Positions 1 through 11,406 of a stretch of DNA of 64,000 bases are shown here, piece after piece; position 1 is the first letter of the stretch, and each line of letters starts with the position of its first letter. The position numbers and the translations under genes were made by a program. The notes under the pieces were generated by a model. The model had not been told where the DNA came from. It searched no databases and was given only the letters and a program-made list of their open reading frames with translations. The stretch comes from Dendrobates tinctorius (lineage: Eukaryota): the NCBI RefSeq assembly GCF_039654945.1, contig NW_027361709.1, forward strand, positions 1,240,001 to 1,304,000, written 5' to 3'.

Positions 1-1439
1 TGTAATATTTCACCAAATTTCATTGGTGAAATATTACTATCGCTCTGATTGGCAGTTTCACTTTTAACAGCCAATCAGAGCGATCGTAGGCATGTGGGGG
101 CTAAGCCACTCCCCCTGGGGTTAACTATGAAGGGTTCTTTGTGTGCGGGTCAGGTGACCTTTCAGTGACCCCGGTCACCCGACCCACAGGGGGGCAATCA
201 ATTCATGACGCCACATAAGTGTCATGGGTCGTATTGGCACGACTTTTCATGACGCCTACGTGGCGTCAAAGATCGGGAAGGAGGGGATAATTTGCGCCTT
301 TTTTTAAATGCTCCTCTGTTTTTTGTAAGTTCGTCATTGTGGTTTGGGTTTTCTAGATGTTATTGGCTGATTCATCATCTGCAACTTTTCAAAAAGTTGC
401 TATTTTTTTGCCTATAAATCCTTCAACCCCCGTCGTCCCAAAGTGATTTTATGTCAGGCAGAAACTTCAGTACAATTTTCACAACATGAGGCAAAGCAAA
501 AAAGAAAATTGACAAAAAATAAAGAAAGAAAAATGCAAATGATGAATCGGTGCCAGAAACTTTATAAAAGTGTAATATGTTCCACGATTTAACACTTGGG
601 GCACGTCCAAACAAAGGTTCTTTTTTATTGGATTTTAGAACATGTCTGCATTAAAAAAAAAAAAAAATCTCACAATTTGGAAAAAAAAATATCAAAGTTT
701 GGGAAAAAAATAAATAAAATATCTCAAAGGAAGCGAGTTTTAGTTTCCCAACTGACTGCAGATTTTTTTTTAGTGTTTTTCCTTACTTGTTTTGGCAATT
801 TTTGGCCAGATGTTACGCAGAGGTCTTCAGTGCAGTATAAAGCATGTGACATATCATGGAAGACGTCTTTGAATGGCGCCGCGCCGTTCTACTGGTAGTA
901 TAATGCCATATTTTTATGTCATCCAGGCTTTTCACCTTTTTTCTATTGGCCTTGCCATTTTTCTGACAATTGGGTGGGGCTTAAGAGGAGGGGCGGAGCC
1001 TCAGTGTACGGACGCATTTACTGTAATTCACGCGGTGTAATGAAATGTGTGCCAGCTCTGATTTCTTTAGAGGTTTGGGCTTTTTATTCTTAGGTTGGGG
1101 CGATCGGACCCCCAATCTGCCTCTCACCAGGGGGCTCAGCAACATTAAAAGTGGCTGCTATGGAGGCAAATAATTCAGCACATACCAGACGACCCCTGTA
1201 TCCCAGCGCTACCCCCTACGACACGGGATGCGCGTCGTGGTCATTAGTGGTCTCCACATTCCTTCCATTACTGGTCCCCCCCCTTCCCGTGTTCGATGAC
1301 GGCCATGGAGGCATCTGGAATAACGGCGGCATTGTCACCACCGCTCATTACCACATTCCAGCTGGATGGTTAAAAGAAAACCGTCGTCACTCAGAGAGGG
1401 TCTCTCGTCCCACACAGATGTCCGTCGTGTAATGTGATG

Positions 1440-3075
1440 GGGCGGCCATTGTTACACAGAATGAAATGGAAATATGACAAGTGTGACCTTTTCATGGGGG
1501 TCCGCCATGTGAAGTACAGGCCTTGTGACCCTCGGCGACCAATCAGGGCTCAGCTTTCATTTTCTAAACCTTAGTGGAAGGCCATATTCTGACTGGTTGC
1601 TAAGGGCAACAATCTCCTGGCAGACATCTTGGATCCCCGAGGCCTGGGATGTCGTCAGTGATTTCAGCCATTCTCTTAGAAGACAATGACCCTGAGGGTC
1701 TCCAGGTTTAGGGAGAAACCTGAGAACAATAGCACACAGCAAATGAATAATAAAAAAGACTGTAAAAGTGCAAAGGTCGCCATCTCTATCGACAAAATGG
1801 CCGAAATGGTAGAACAAGTTGCCCCGCGTCGAGACTGACAGCGTCCCCCACCCCCCAAAACATGGCGGCCTCCTGCAACTAATAGAAATATAGCACTAAA
1901 CACACACAAGTCGCCAGTTATAGAGGACGGGGTTAACAGTGACAACTGACAACCCTTCCGCTCAAAATGGTGTTCAAAAAGTTGTCACTTCCCTCACAGA
2001 GCTGTACATGAGGCTCCAGAGTAGTCACCCAGCTACTCCATTATCTGTTGCTAGGCAACAGTTTAGAAATCCTCTAAGGGCAGGGCCCTAAATGTGTGAC
2101 ACACGAGGGCCCCGTCTCCCCAGCTCCTTATTTGTTTATATGCGACCTTCAGATTTTGCCGAACTTTTTTCTAGACCCCGAAACAAGTGACTGAGGAAAG
2201 ATGTGCAAGATGGTCGACGCGGGACGCCGGGGGTCAATGAAGATGTCGCCAACACGGGGCGCCGCTCACGACAACCTCTCAGTATTCAGCCATCGTGGAG
2301 ACTCTACGCCGATGTCTGGGAGCAGCGGGAAGCGATGGCCGCACTTAGTCTCCATGGCAACCGAAAGATGCTGCAAAAGGCCAGAAATCGTCAGTGATAC
2401 CGTGCTCGCTGCTCTGACGTCCAGATGCTTTGATTTCTCATTCCTCCATTTCCGAACCACGCTCCTCCAGCCGTCATCGCCTCACTCAGGGTCTAAAGTC
2501 TGTCACTTGCTGTTCAACAACCAAGATGGCGGCCAAAGGAGCGACACCTGAGCGGCCCATACTGATCAGGAGCCGACAGCGAGCCTGGCCGGCAGCCACG
2601 TTCACTCGTTCCGGAGTGTAGAAAACCTGTAATAACCGCAGAGGTCTCCAGAAGCCAACATGGCGGCTCCTCCTCGATACTGTGTGGTGCGTCGTCCTGA
2701 ACATGTAATGATGGGTTCTCCCTTCTCCTGCACCACTGAGAAATCGCCCACAATATGAGACAGTGACAATATAGAGACGATTCTGGCGCCCAACCGGCCA
2801 CTAATACAAAAGGGCGGCTTAGGTTGCTACGGGCGACGCATTGCTCCTGGCTGCGATACGGCGCCGATCCCGCTCCGTCTCTTCCTCCTCGCTGACAACT
2901 TCCTTCATGGAAATAATGTAGAACACAAAGCACCGACTGACCAGATCGCTGCCAACACGGGGCGACATTATCAGCACAAACAGCCGGCAATGGGGAGGGC
3001 GAAGGCGGCCATGGTACCAAGATCCAGTGACCGCACGTACCCAACAACATGGCTGCCGGGGACTGAGATACGTGA
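1440..3075. promoter_or_regulatory. CpG-rich regulatory region with clustered YY1-type motifs and RFX X-box-like palindromes; possible 5' end of a divergent (minus-strand) transcript
   Basis: Same-orientation (A/C)A(A/C/G)ATGG motifs at 1794, 1859, 1964, 2206, 2522 (CAAGATGGCGGCC), 2656, 3045; X-box-like GTTGCTAAGGGCAAC 1596, GTTGCTAGGCAAC 2047, GTCTCCATGGCAAC 2348; candidate minus-strand donor GG|GTACGT at 3041/3040. Confidence 0.5.
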
Positions 3076-3149
3076 CAGGGGGAGACACAGAGCCCGAAAT
3101 CCAGGGCTGTACAGAATTATCTCTAGGAATGTCTCACACACGACAGGCT

Positions 3150-6100
3150 GAGATACACGGCTCAGCAGACAGTATCACACAGGATAGGATTAGATACACG
3201 GCTCAGCAGTCAGTATCACACAGGATAGGATTAGATACAGGGCTCAGCAGTCAGTATCACACAGGAGAGGATTAGATACACAGCTCAGCAGACAATATCA
3301 CACAGGACAGGATTATATACACAGCTCAGCAGACAGAATCACACAGGAGAGGATTAGATACACGGCTCAACAGTCAGTTTCACACAGGAGAGGATTAGAT
3401 ACACGGCTCAGCCGTCAGAATCACACAGGAGAGGATTAGATACACGGCTCAGCCGTCAGAATCACACAGGAGAGGATTAGATACACAGCTCAGCCGTCAG
3501 AATCACACAGGAGAGGATTAGATACACGGCTCAGCAGACAGTATCACACAGGAGAGGATTAGATACACGGCTCAGCAGTCAGTATCACACAGGATAGGAT
3601 TAGATACACGGCTCAGCCGTCAGTATCACACAGGGTAGGATTAGATACACGGCTCAGCAGACAGTATCACACAGGACAGGATTAGATACAGGACAGACAG
3701 TATCACACAGGATAGGATTAGATACATGGCTCAGCAGTCAGTATCAGACAGGAGAAGATTAGATACACGGCTCAGCAGTCGGTATCACACAGGATAGATT
3801 TAGATACACGGCTCAGCAGTCAGTATCACACAGGAGAGGATTAGATACACGGCTCAGCAGTCAGTATCACACAGAAGAGGATTAGATACACGGCTCAGCA
3901 GACAGTATCACACGGGATAGGATTAGATACACGGCTCAGCCGTCAGAATCACAAAGGAGAGGATTAGATACACGGCTCAGCAGACAGTATCACACAGGAG
4001 AGGATTAGATACACGGCTCAGCAGACAGTATCACACGGGATAGGATTAGATACACGGCTCAGCAGTCAGTATCACACGGGATAGGATTAGATTCACGGCT
4101 CAGCAGTCAGTATCACACAGGAGAGGATTAGATACACGGCTCAGCAGACAGTTTCACACAGGAGAGGATTAGATACACGGCTCAGCAGTCAGTATACAGG
4201 ATAGGATTAGATACACGGCTCAGCAGTCAGTGTCACACAGGATAGGATTAGATACACGGCTCAGTCGTCAGTATCACACAGGAGAGGATTAGATACACGG
4301 CTCAGCAGTCAGTATCACACAGGATAGGATTAGATACACAGCTCAGCAGACAGTATCACACAGGACAGGATTAGATACACGGCTCAGCAGACAGTATCAC
4401 ACAGGATTGGATTAGATACACGGCTCAGCAGACAGTATCACACAGGATAGGATTAGATACACGGCTCAGCAGTCAGTATCACACAGGATAGGATTAGATA
4501 CACAGCTCAGCAGACAGTATCACACAGGACAGGATTATATACACGGCTCAGCAGACAGTATCACACAGGACAGGATTATATACACGGCTCAGCAGTCAGT
4601 ATCATACAGGATAGGATTAGATACACGGCTCAGCAGTCAGTATCATACAGGATAGGATTAGATACACGGCTCAGCAGTCAGTATCATACAGGAGAGGATT
4701 AGATACACGGCTCAGCAGTCAGTATCACACAGGATAGGATTAGATACACGTCTCAGCAGACAGTATCACACAGGAAAGGATTAGATACACGGCTCAGCCG
4801 TCAGTATCACACTGGAGAGGATTAGATACACGGCTCAGCCGTCAGTATCACACAGGAGAGGATTAGATACACGGCTCAGTAGACAGTATCACACAGGAGA
4901 GGATTAGATACACGGCTCAGCAGTCAATATCACACAGGATAGGATTAGATACACGGCTCAGACGTCAGTATCACACAGGGTAGGATTAGATACACGGCTC
5001 AGCAGACACTCACACAGGACAGAATTAAATACACGGCTCAGCAGACAGTATCATACAGGAGAGGATTAGATACACGGCTCAGCAGACAGTATCACACAGG
5101 ACAGGATTAGATACAGGACAGACAGTATCACACAGGATAGGATTAGATACATGGCTCAGCAGTCAGTATCATACAGGAGAGGATTAGATACACGGCTCAG
5201 CAGACAGTATCACACAGGATAGGATTAGATACACGGCTCAGTAGTCGGTATCACACAGGATAGATTTAGATACACGGCTCAGCAGTCAGTATCACACAGG
5301 AGAGGATTAGATACACGGCTCAGCAGACAGTATCACACGGGATAGGATTAGATACACGGCTCAGCAGTCAGTATCATACAGGAGAGGATTAGATACACGG
5401 CTCAGCAGTCAGTATCACACAGGATAGGATTAGATACACGGCTCAGCAGACAGTATCACACGGGATAGGATTGGATACACGGCTCAGCAGACAGTATCAC
5501 ACGGGATAGGATTAGATACACGGCTCAGCAGTCAGTATCATACAGGAGAGGATTAGATACACGGCTCAGCAGTCAGTATCACACAGGATAGGATTAGATA
5601 CACGGCTCAGCAGACAGTATCACACAGGAAAGGATTAGATACACGGCTCAGCAGTCAGTATCACACAGGATAGGATTAGATACACAGCTCAGCAGACAGT
5701 ATCACACAGGACAGGATTATATACACGGCTCAGCAGACAGTATCACACAGGACAGGATTATATACACGGCTCAGCAGTCAGTATCATACAGGATAGGATT
5801 AGATACACGGCTCAGCAGTCAGTATCATACAGGATAGGATTAGATACACGGCTCAGCAGTCAGTATCATACAGGAGAGGATTAGATACACGGCTCAGCAG
5901 TCAGTATCACACAGGATAGGATTAGATACACGGCTCAGCAGACAGTATCACACAGGAAAGGATTAGATACACGGCTCAGCCGTCAGTATCACACAGGAGA
6001 GGATTAGATACACGGCTCAGCCGTCAGTATCACACAGGAGAGGATTAGATACACGGCTCAGTAGACAGTATCACACAGGAGAGGATTAGATACACGGCTC

Positions 6101-7360
6101 AGCAGTCAATATCACACAGGATAGGATTAGATACACGGCTCAGACGTCAGTATCACACAGGGTAGGATTAGATACACGGCTCAGCAGACACTCACACAGG
6201 ACAGAATTAAATACACGGCTCAGCAGACAGTATCATACAGGAGAGGATTAGATACACGGCTCAGCAGACAGTATCACACAGGACAGGATTAGATACAGGA
6301 CAGACAGTATCACACAGGATAGGATTAGATACATGGCTCAGCAGTCAGTATCATACAGGAGAGGATTAGATACACGGCTCAGCAGACAGTATCACACAGG
6401 ATAGGATTAGATACACGGCTCAGTAGTCGGTATCACACAGGATAGGTTTAGATACACGGCTCAGCAGTCAGTATCACACAGGAGAGGATTAGATACACGG
6501 CTCAGCAGACAGTATCACACGGGATAGGATTAGATACACGGCTCAGCAGTCAGTATCATACAGGAGAGGATTAGATACACGGCTCAGCAGTCAGTATCAC
6601 ACAGGATAGGATTAGATACACGGCTCAGCAGACAGTATCACACGGGATAGGATTGGATACACGGCTCAGCAGACAGTATCACACGGGATAGGATTAGATA
6701 CACGGCTCAGCAGTCAGTATCATACAGGAGAGGATTAGATACACGGCTCAGCAGTCAGTATCACACAGGATAGGATTAGATACACGGCTCAGCAGACAGT
6801 ATCACACAGGAAAGGATTAGATACACGGCTCAGCCGTCAGTATCACACAGGAGAGGATTAGATACACGGCTCAGGCGTCAGTATCACACAGGATAGGATT
6901 AGATACTCGGCTCAGCAGTCAGTATCACACAGGATAGGATTAGATACACGGCTCAGCAGTCAGTATCACACAGGATAGGATTAGATACACGGCTCAGCAC
7001 ACAGTATCACACGGGAAAGGATTAGATACACGGCTCAGCACATAGTATCACACAGGAAAGGATTAGATACACGGCTCAGCACACAGTATCACACAGGAAA
7101 GGATTAGATACACGGCTCAGCCGTCAGTATCACACAGGAGAGGATTAGATACACGGCTCAGCCGTCAGTATCACACAGGATAGGATTAGATACACGGCTC
7201 AGCAGTCAGTATCACACAGGATAGGATTAGATACACGGCTCAGCACACAGTATCACACGGGAAAGGATTAGATACACGTCTCAGCACATAGTATCACACA
7301 GGAAAGGATTAGATACACGGCTCAGCACACAGTATCACACAGGAAAGGATTAGATACACT
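3150..7360 (+). repeat. 41-bp tandem minisatellite (~100 copies), unit AGTATCACACAGGATAGGATTAGATACACGGCTCAGCAGTC
   Basis: Direct reading; period 41 (3171 to 3212); rare variants recur at a 1182-bp offset. Confidence 0.97.
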
Positions 7361-7424
7361 TTCCCTGGGGATGATACTTGGATGCAGTCTCTGCAGTGAT
7401 CCCTCCTGTAATAAGTGTAATTAC

Positions 7425-7620
7425 ATCAGCGCCATCTGGTGTTCACACCCGTACAGGACACCTATTGTACAGAGCAGCGCCACCTGGCGTCCGACCTCTT
7501 CTTGCACTGCCTCCTATTCCCCCAGCCCTGGCGCCGATCGCCGAGTCATCGAGGTGTCATGTCCGCCTCCTAGTGCGCACGCCGGGAGCTCCGCGGAGTC
7601 CGTGTCCGGTAATTACAGGG
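7425..7620 (+). promoter_or_regulatory. THUMPD3: THUMPD3 promoter and non-coding exon 1, with two CTCF-like motifs
   Basis: CpG-rich; CAGCGCCATCTGGTG (7427) and CAGCGCCACCTGGCG (~7476) resemble the CTCF core; donor GG|GTATGA at 7620/7621; next acceptor at 8192. Confidence 0.55.
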
Positions 7621-8215
7621 GTATGATCCTCAGTTACACGTTATCTGTACCATGTGCTTGTAGCGGGGAGAATGACGGGTTTCCCCGCGGCCGGGGTCTG
7701 TACTTGGGTTGGCGGTGACCCGGCTGCTGTGCGGACAATGTGATGACGATGGTTTTTCCTTACAATCTCTGTACTCCGCTCCTTATTGATGACTTTTCTC
7801 TTTTCTCCGGAACTTTTATTTGCATTTTCATATCTGTGGCGAGAAATTGCATCATTTGAAACAGGTCTACAGTTACGTTTTCCATGGCAGCCAATCAGAG
7901 CGCTACTTTAACTTCTGAAGCGAATCAGAGGTCATGAAAGCTGCGCTGTGATTGGTCGCTACAAGCAACAAGGTTACCGGTGATTGGAGGAGGCTGTGAT
8001 TCTGGTCATGTGACTGGAGAGTCGCCATCCGCTGTTACCATGACGCCGTTATATCATCTGATGTCGGGTTCAGTCCCCACACGTCCACTGGTGTCTCCAC
8101 TTTATTACCGCCTATGAGACTGACAGTTAAAGGGGTTGTCTTCTGCCCACCACATCACTTTTAATCCTAGAGCTTGTCCCTTTTTCCCTCAGGGTTTGTC
8201 GTCTGCGCTGCCATC

Positions 8216-11200
8216 ATGTCTGAGGTGGAGGTCATGGCGGAGATCCTGACGGAAGCGACCCTGGATGACCCCGTTGCCAGTGACGCCACATCCTCCGAGA
8301 TCTCCCTGGTGACGGTCGGAGCCACTGTGCCCACCGGCTTCGAGTTCACAGCGGCCGCGGAGGTAGAAGAGAAGCTGGGATGTCCCTGCAGGATCAGCAG
8401 AGACCGCGGCAAAGTCTACTTTGACATCGGCTTGGAGGAGTTGGCGCAGGTGGGGATACGGAAAACGCGTCGGGAAGACGTTCACCTCCAGGTCTTAAAG
8501 TGACGCCGCTCTGTTTACGTTGCAGGTTCATCGGCTGCGGTCGGTCGACAACCTCTTCGTGGTCGTACAAGAATTCATAGATTTCCCCTTCAAGGAAGCG
8601 AAGGTGAGTTCCTATGGAAAAGATGGCCGTGGGTTAAAGGGGTTGTCCGGGCTTTTCACAAAATCTCAGTACATATCTGGGCTGCAGAATTATGACAGTA
8701 AGTAATTTACTTTCTGTCACTAGTTTGCACGGTTTTCTAGATATTCTGAACAGAACGTCCAAGGGGGGGTGTTATGGCATTGAAATGAGAACTAGTCGTA
8801 ACCTCCTACTCTACTCCAAACATGCCCTCTATAGCAACAACCCCACCCTCCATAGCTACAGGCCCTCCCCGTCCACATGAAGCAGCCCTCATCACACAGT
8901 AACAAATCCTCCCCCTCTAGCAGCCTCACTGCAGAGAGCAGCTACTCCTCCTCCAGACACACACTGAACAGTGATCTATGGAAAGTGAAACTAGTGAGGA
9001 GTGAAAATCGTCCTGCATTCTGGGCCACTCCATGATTACAATACATAACTCATCAGTAATTCCTTCCCTCACTGTCCCAGGCTGCTGGCAGCAGTGAGAA
9101 CAGACTGTGTGATGGCCAGTGATGGGGGTCTGCAGCTTCTAATCTGCACAGGGGATGGCAGTCACTGATGTAATCTGTTGTGTGACAAAGCCTCTGCTGT
9201 GTGAATGAGACAGCTCTGTGTCACTGATGTCTTCACACAGCAGCAGATTTGGTGCAATGTATGTGTGAGCACTGTGTCTCTAATGACACAAATACTGATT
9301 GGAGCAGCCTGTCCCAGAATACAGGACGATTTTCCCTCCTCACTAGTTTCATTTTCCATAGATCACTGTTCAGTGTGTGTCTGGGGGAGGAGCAGCTGCT
9401 CTCTGCAGGGAGGCTGCTAGAGGGGGAGGATTTGTTACTGTGTGATGAGGGCTTCTTCATGTGGACAGGAAGGGCCTGTAGCTATGGAGGGTGGGGTTGT
9501 TGCTATAGAGGGCATGTTTGGAGTAGAGTAGGAGGTTACGACTAGTTCTCATTTCAATGCCAGAACACCCCCCCCCCTTGGACGTTCTGTTCAGAATATC
9601 TAGAAAACAGTGCAAACTAGTGACAGAAGGTAAATTACTTATTGTCATAATTCTGCAGCCCAGATATGTACTGAGATTAGGTGAAAAGCCCGGACAACCC
9701 CTTTAAGGAGTAGCCAAAAATATTCAGATTGTTTAAAGGGGAACTCCACTATTGAGTTTCTGTACTTTATGCTGAGCAGCTAATATGAACAAGAAGAGCT
9801 GCAGTGTAAAGTATGGAGAAGGGATAAAGAAGCAGCCGTGGCCTCTACGCTCTGAGCTACTCCTTCCACCGCTCCTTGCCCTAACACATGCATGAACTAT
9901 CCGATCGAGCGTGCATGTGTTCTGAACACTAGGAAGTGAGTAGGCCGATGCCAGACACGAGTCACGTCCAGACTGATCCAGGAGAAGCTCATCTCCCCCG
10001 AGGGTTGGGCATAATGAAACCCAGCAGCCCAATCCTTTCATATTTCTGACATCTGCTGCCGACTTGGAGAAGTCTAGACACCCCATAAACATTGGTTGTC
10101 CATTATTCTAATGAGTGTGGACCGATGGAGCTGCTCTTATACTAATCAATAATGGAGCAGAAGGGAAGGGTAAAGTATGGGGAAAGAAGAGCAGCAGCTG
10201 GAGATTTCCACCTCCAGTAGACTGTACAGCCAAGCTGGAGTCAGTGATCATGACTGTGCTGTAATGAAGCAGAGCTGCAGGGTAAAGTACGAGGAACAGC
10301 GCAGCAGCTGAAACTTCTGATGAGACAGGGATTGAGCCTCAGATAGTGGACCTCAAACTTAAAGGGGTTGTCCACAATTACAAAAGCATGGCAGATTTCT
10401 TTGTGAAACAGTGCCCACTTTAATTCATCTAATATTCTCCTGTGCCTCTATAGGAAGCCGCACTTCAGGATTTCCAGGAATTGGCTGCAAAACTGTCCTG
10501 GGAAAAAGCTCTGAAGACGTGGGAGCTAAACAACAACCTGAAGAAGAAAAAGAAGAGAAAAAAAACCGGTGGCTGCAGCAAAGAGAGGAAGGCGACAGCA
10601 GCATCGGGTGCAGAGGAGCAGTCAGCGGTGGCATCAGACACAGAGGGTTCAGCAGGAGGCGATGCAGCAGAGGAGCAGTCAGCGGTGGCATCGGACACAG
10701 AGGGTTCAGCAGGAGGCGATGCAGCAGAGGAGCAGTCAGCGGTGGCATCGGACACAGAGGGTTCAGCAGGAGGCGATGCAGCAGAGGAGCAGCCAGCGGT
10801 GGCATCGGGCACAGAGGGTTCAACAGGAGGCGATGCAACAAAAGAGCAGCCAGCAGGAGATAGTGCAGCAGAGGAGCAGTCGGCGCCACCTGCAGGACAA
10901 GAGGAGTGCAAGACCCTGGAGAGTCAGGCAGAGGACGGCGCAGAGATTTCTACTCCCTTCTCCAATGACTCTCATGAAAACACCACGACTGACGATGTGG
11001 AGAGTAATGACTGCTCCCCTGATGTTAGTAATATCCTGAAATTCCGTGTCACCTGCAACCGGGCCGGAGACAAGCACAGCTTCACATCCAACGAGGCTGC
11101 CAGGGACTTCGGTGGAGCCGTGCAGGAGCACTTCCTGTGGAAGGCAGATATGACCAACTTTGATGTGGAGGTGAGCGCCTATATATACAGGGTGGGCCAT

Positions 11201-11374
11201 TTATATGGATATGTGGATACACCTGGGTGGGCCGACTTCAAAATGGCCGCCATGGTCACCACCCATCTTGAAAAGTTTTCCCCCTCCCGTATACTAATGT
11301 GCCACAAACAGGAAGTTGATATCACCAACCATTCCCAATTAATTTAGGTGTATCCATATAAATGGCCCACCCTG

Positions 11375-11406
<32 letters not shown>

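Noticed and set aside
1-290. End of a possible piggyBac-derived MITE
   Set aside because: Only one degenerate end visible; cannot support boundaries.
2201-3275. Short ORFs in the upstream CpG region
   Set aside because: No recognisable domain or consistent exon structure; expected by chance in GC-rich DNA.
3150-7360. CRISPR-like array
   Set aside because: Head-to-tail units without unique spacers, eukaryotic context, no cas genes.
10411-11200. Overlapping alternative-frame and antisense ORFs
   Set aside because: By-products of the 57-bp coding repeat in THUMPD3.
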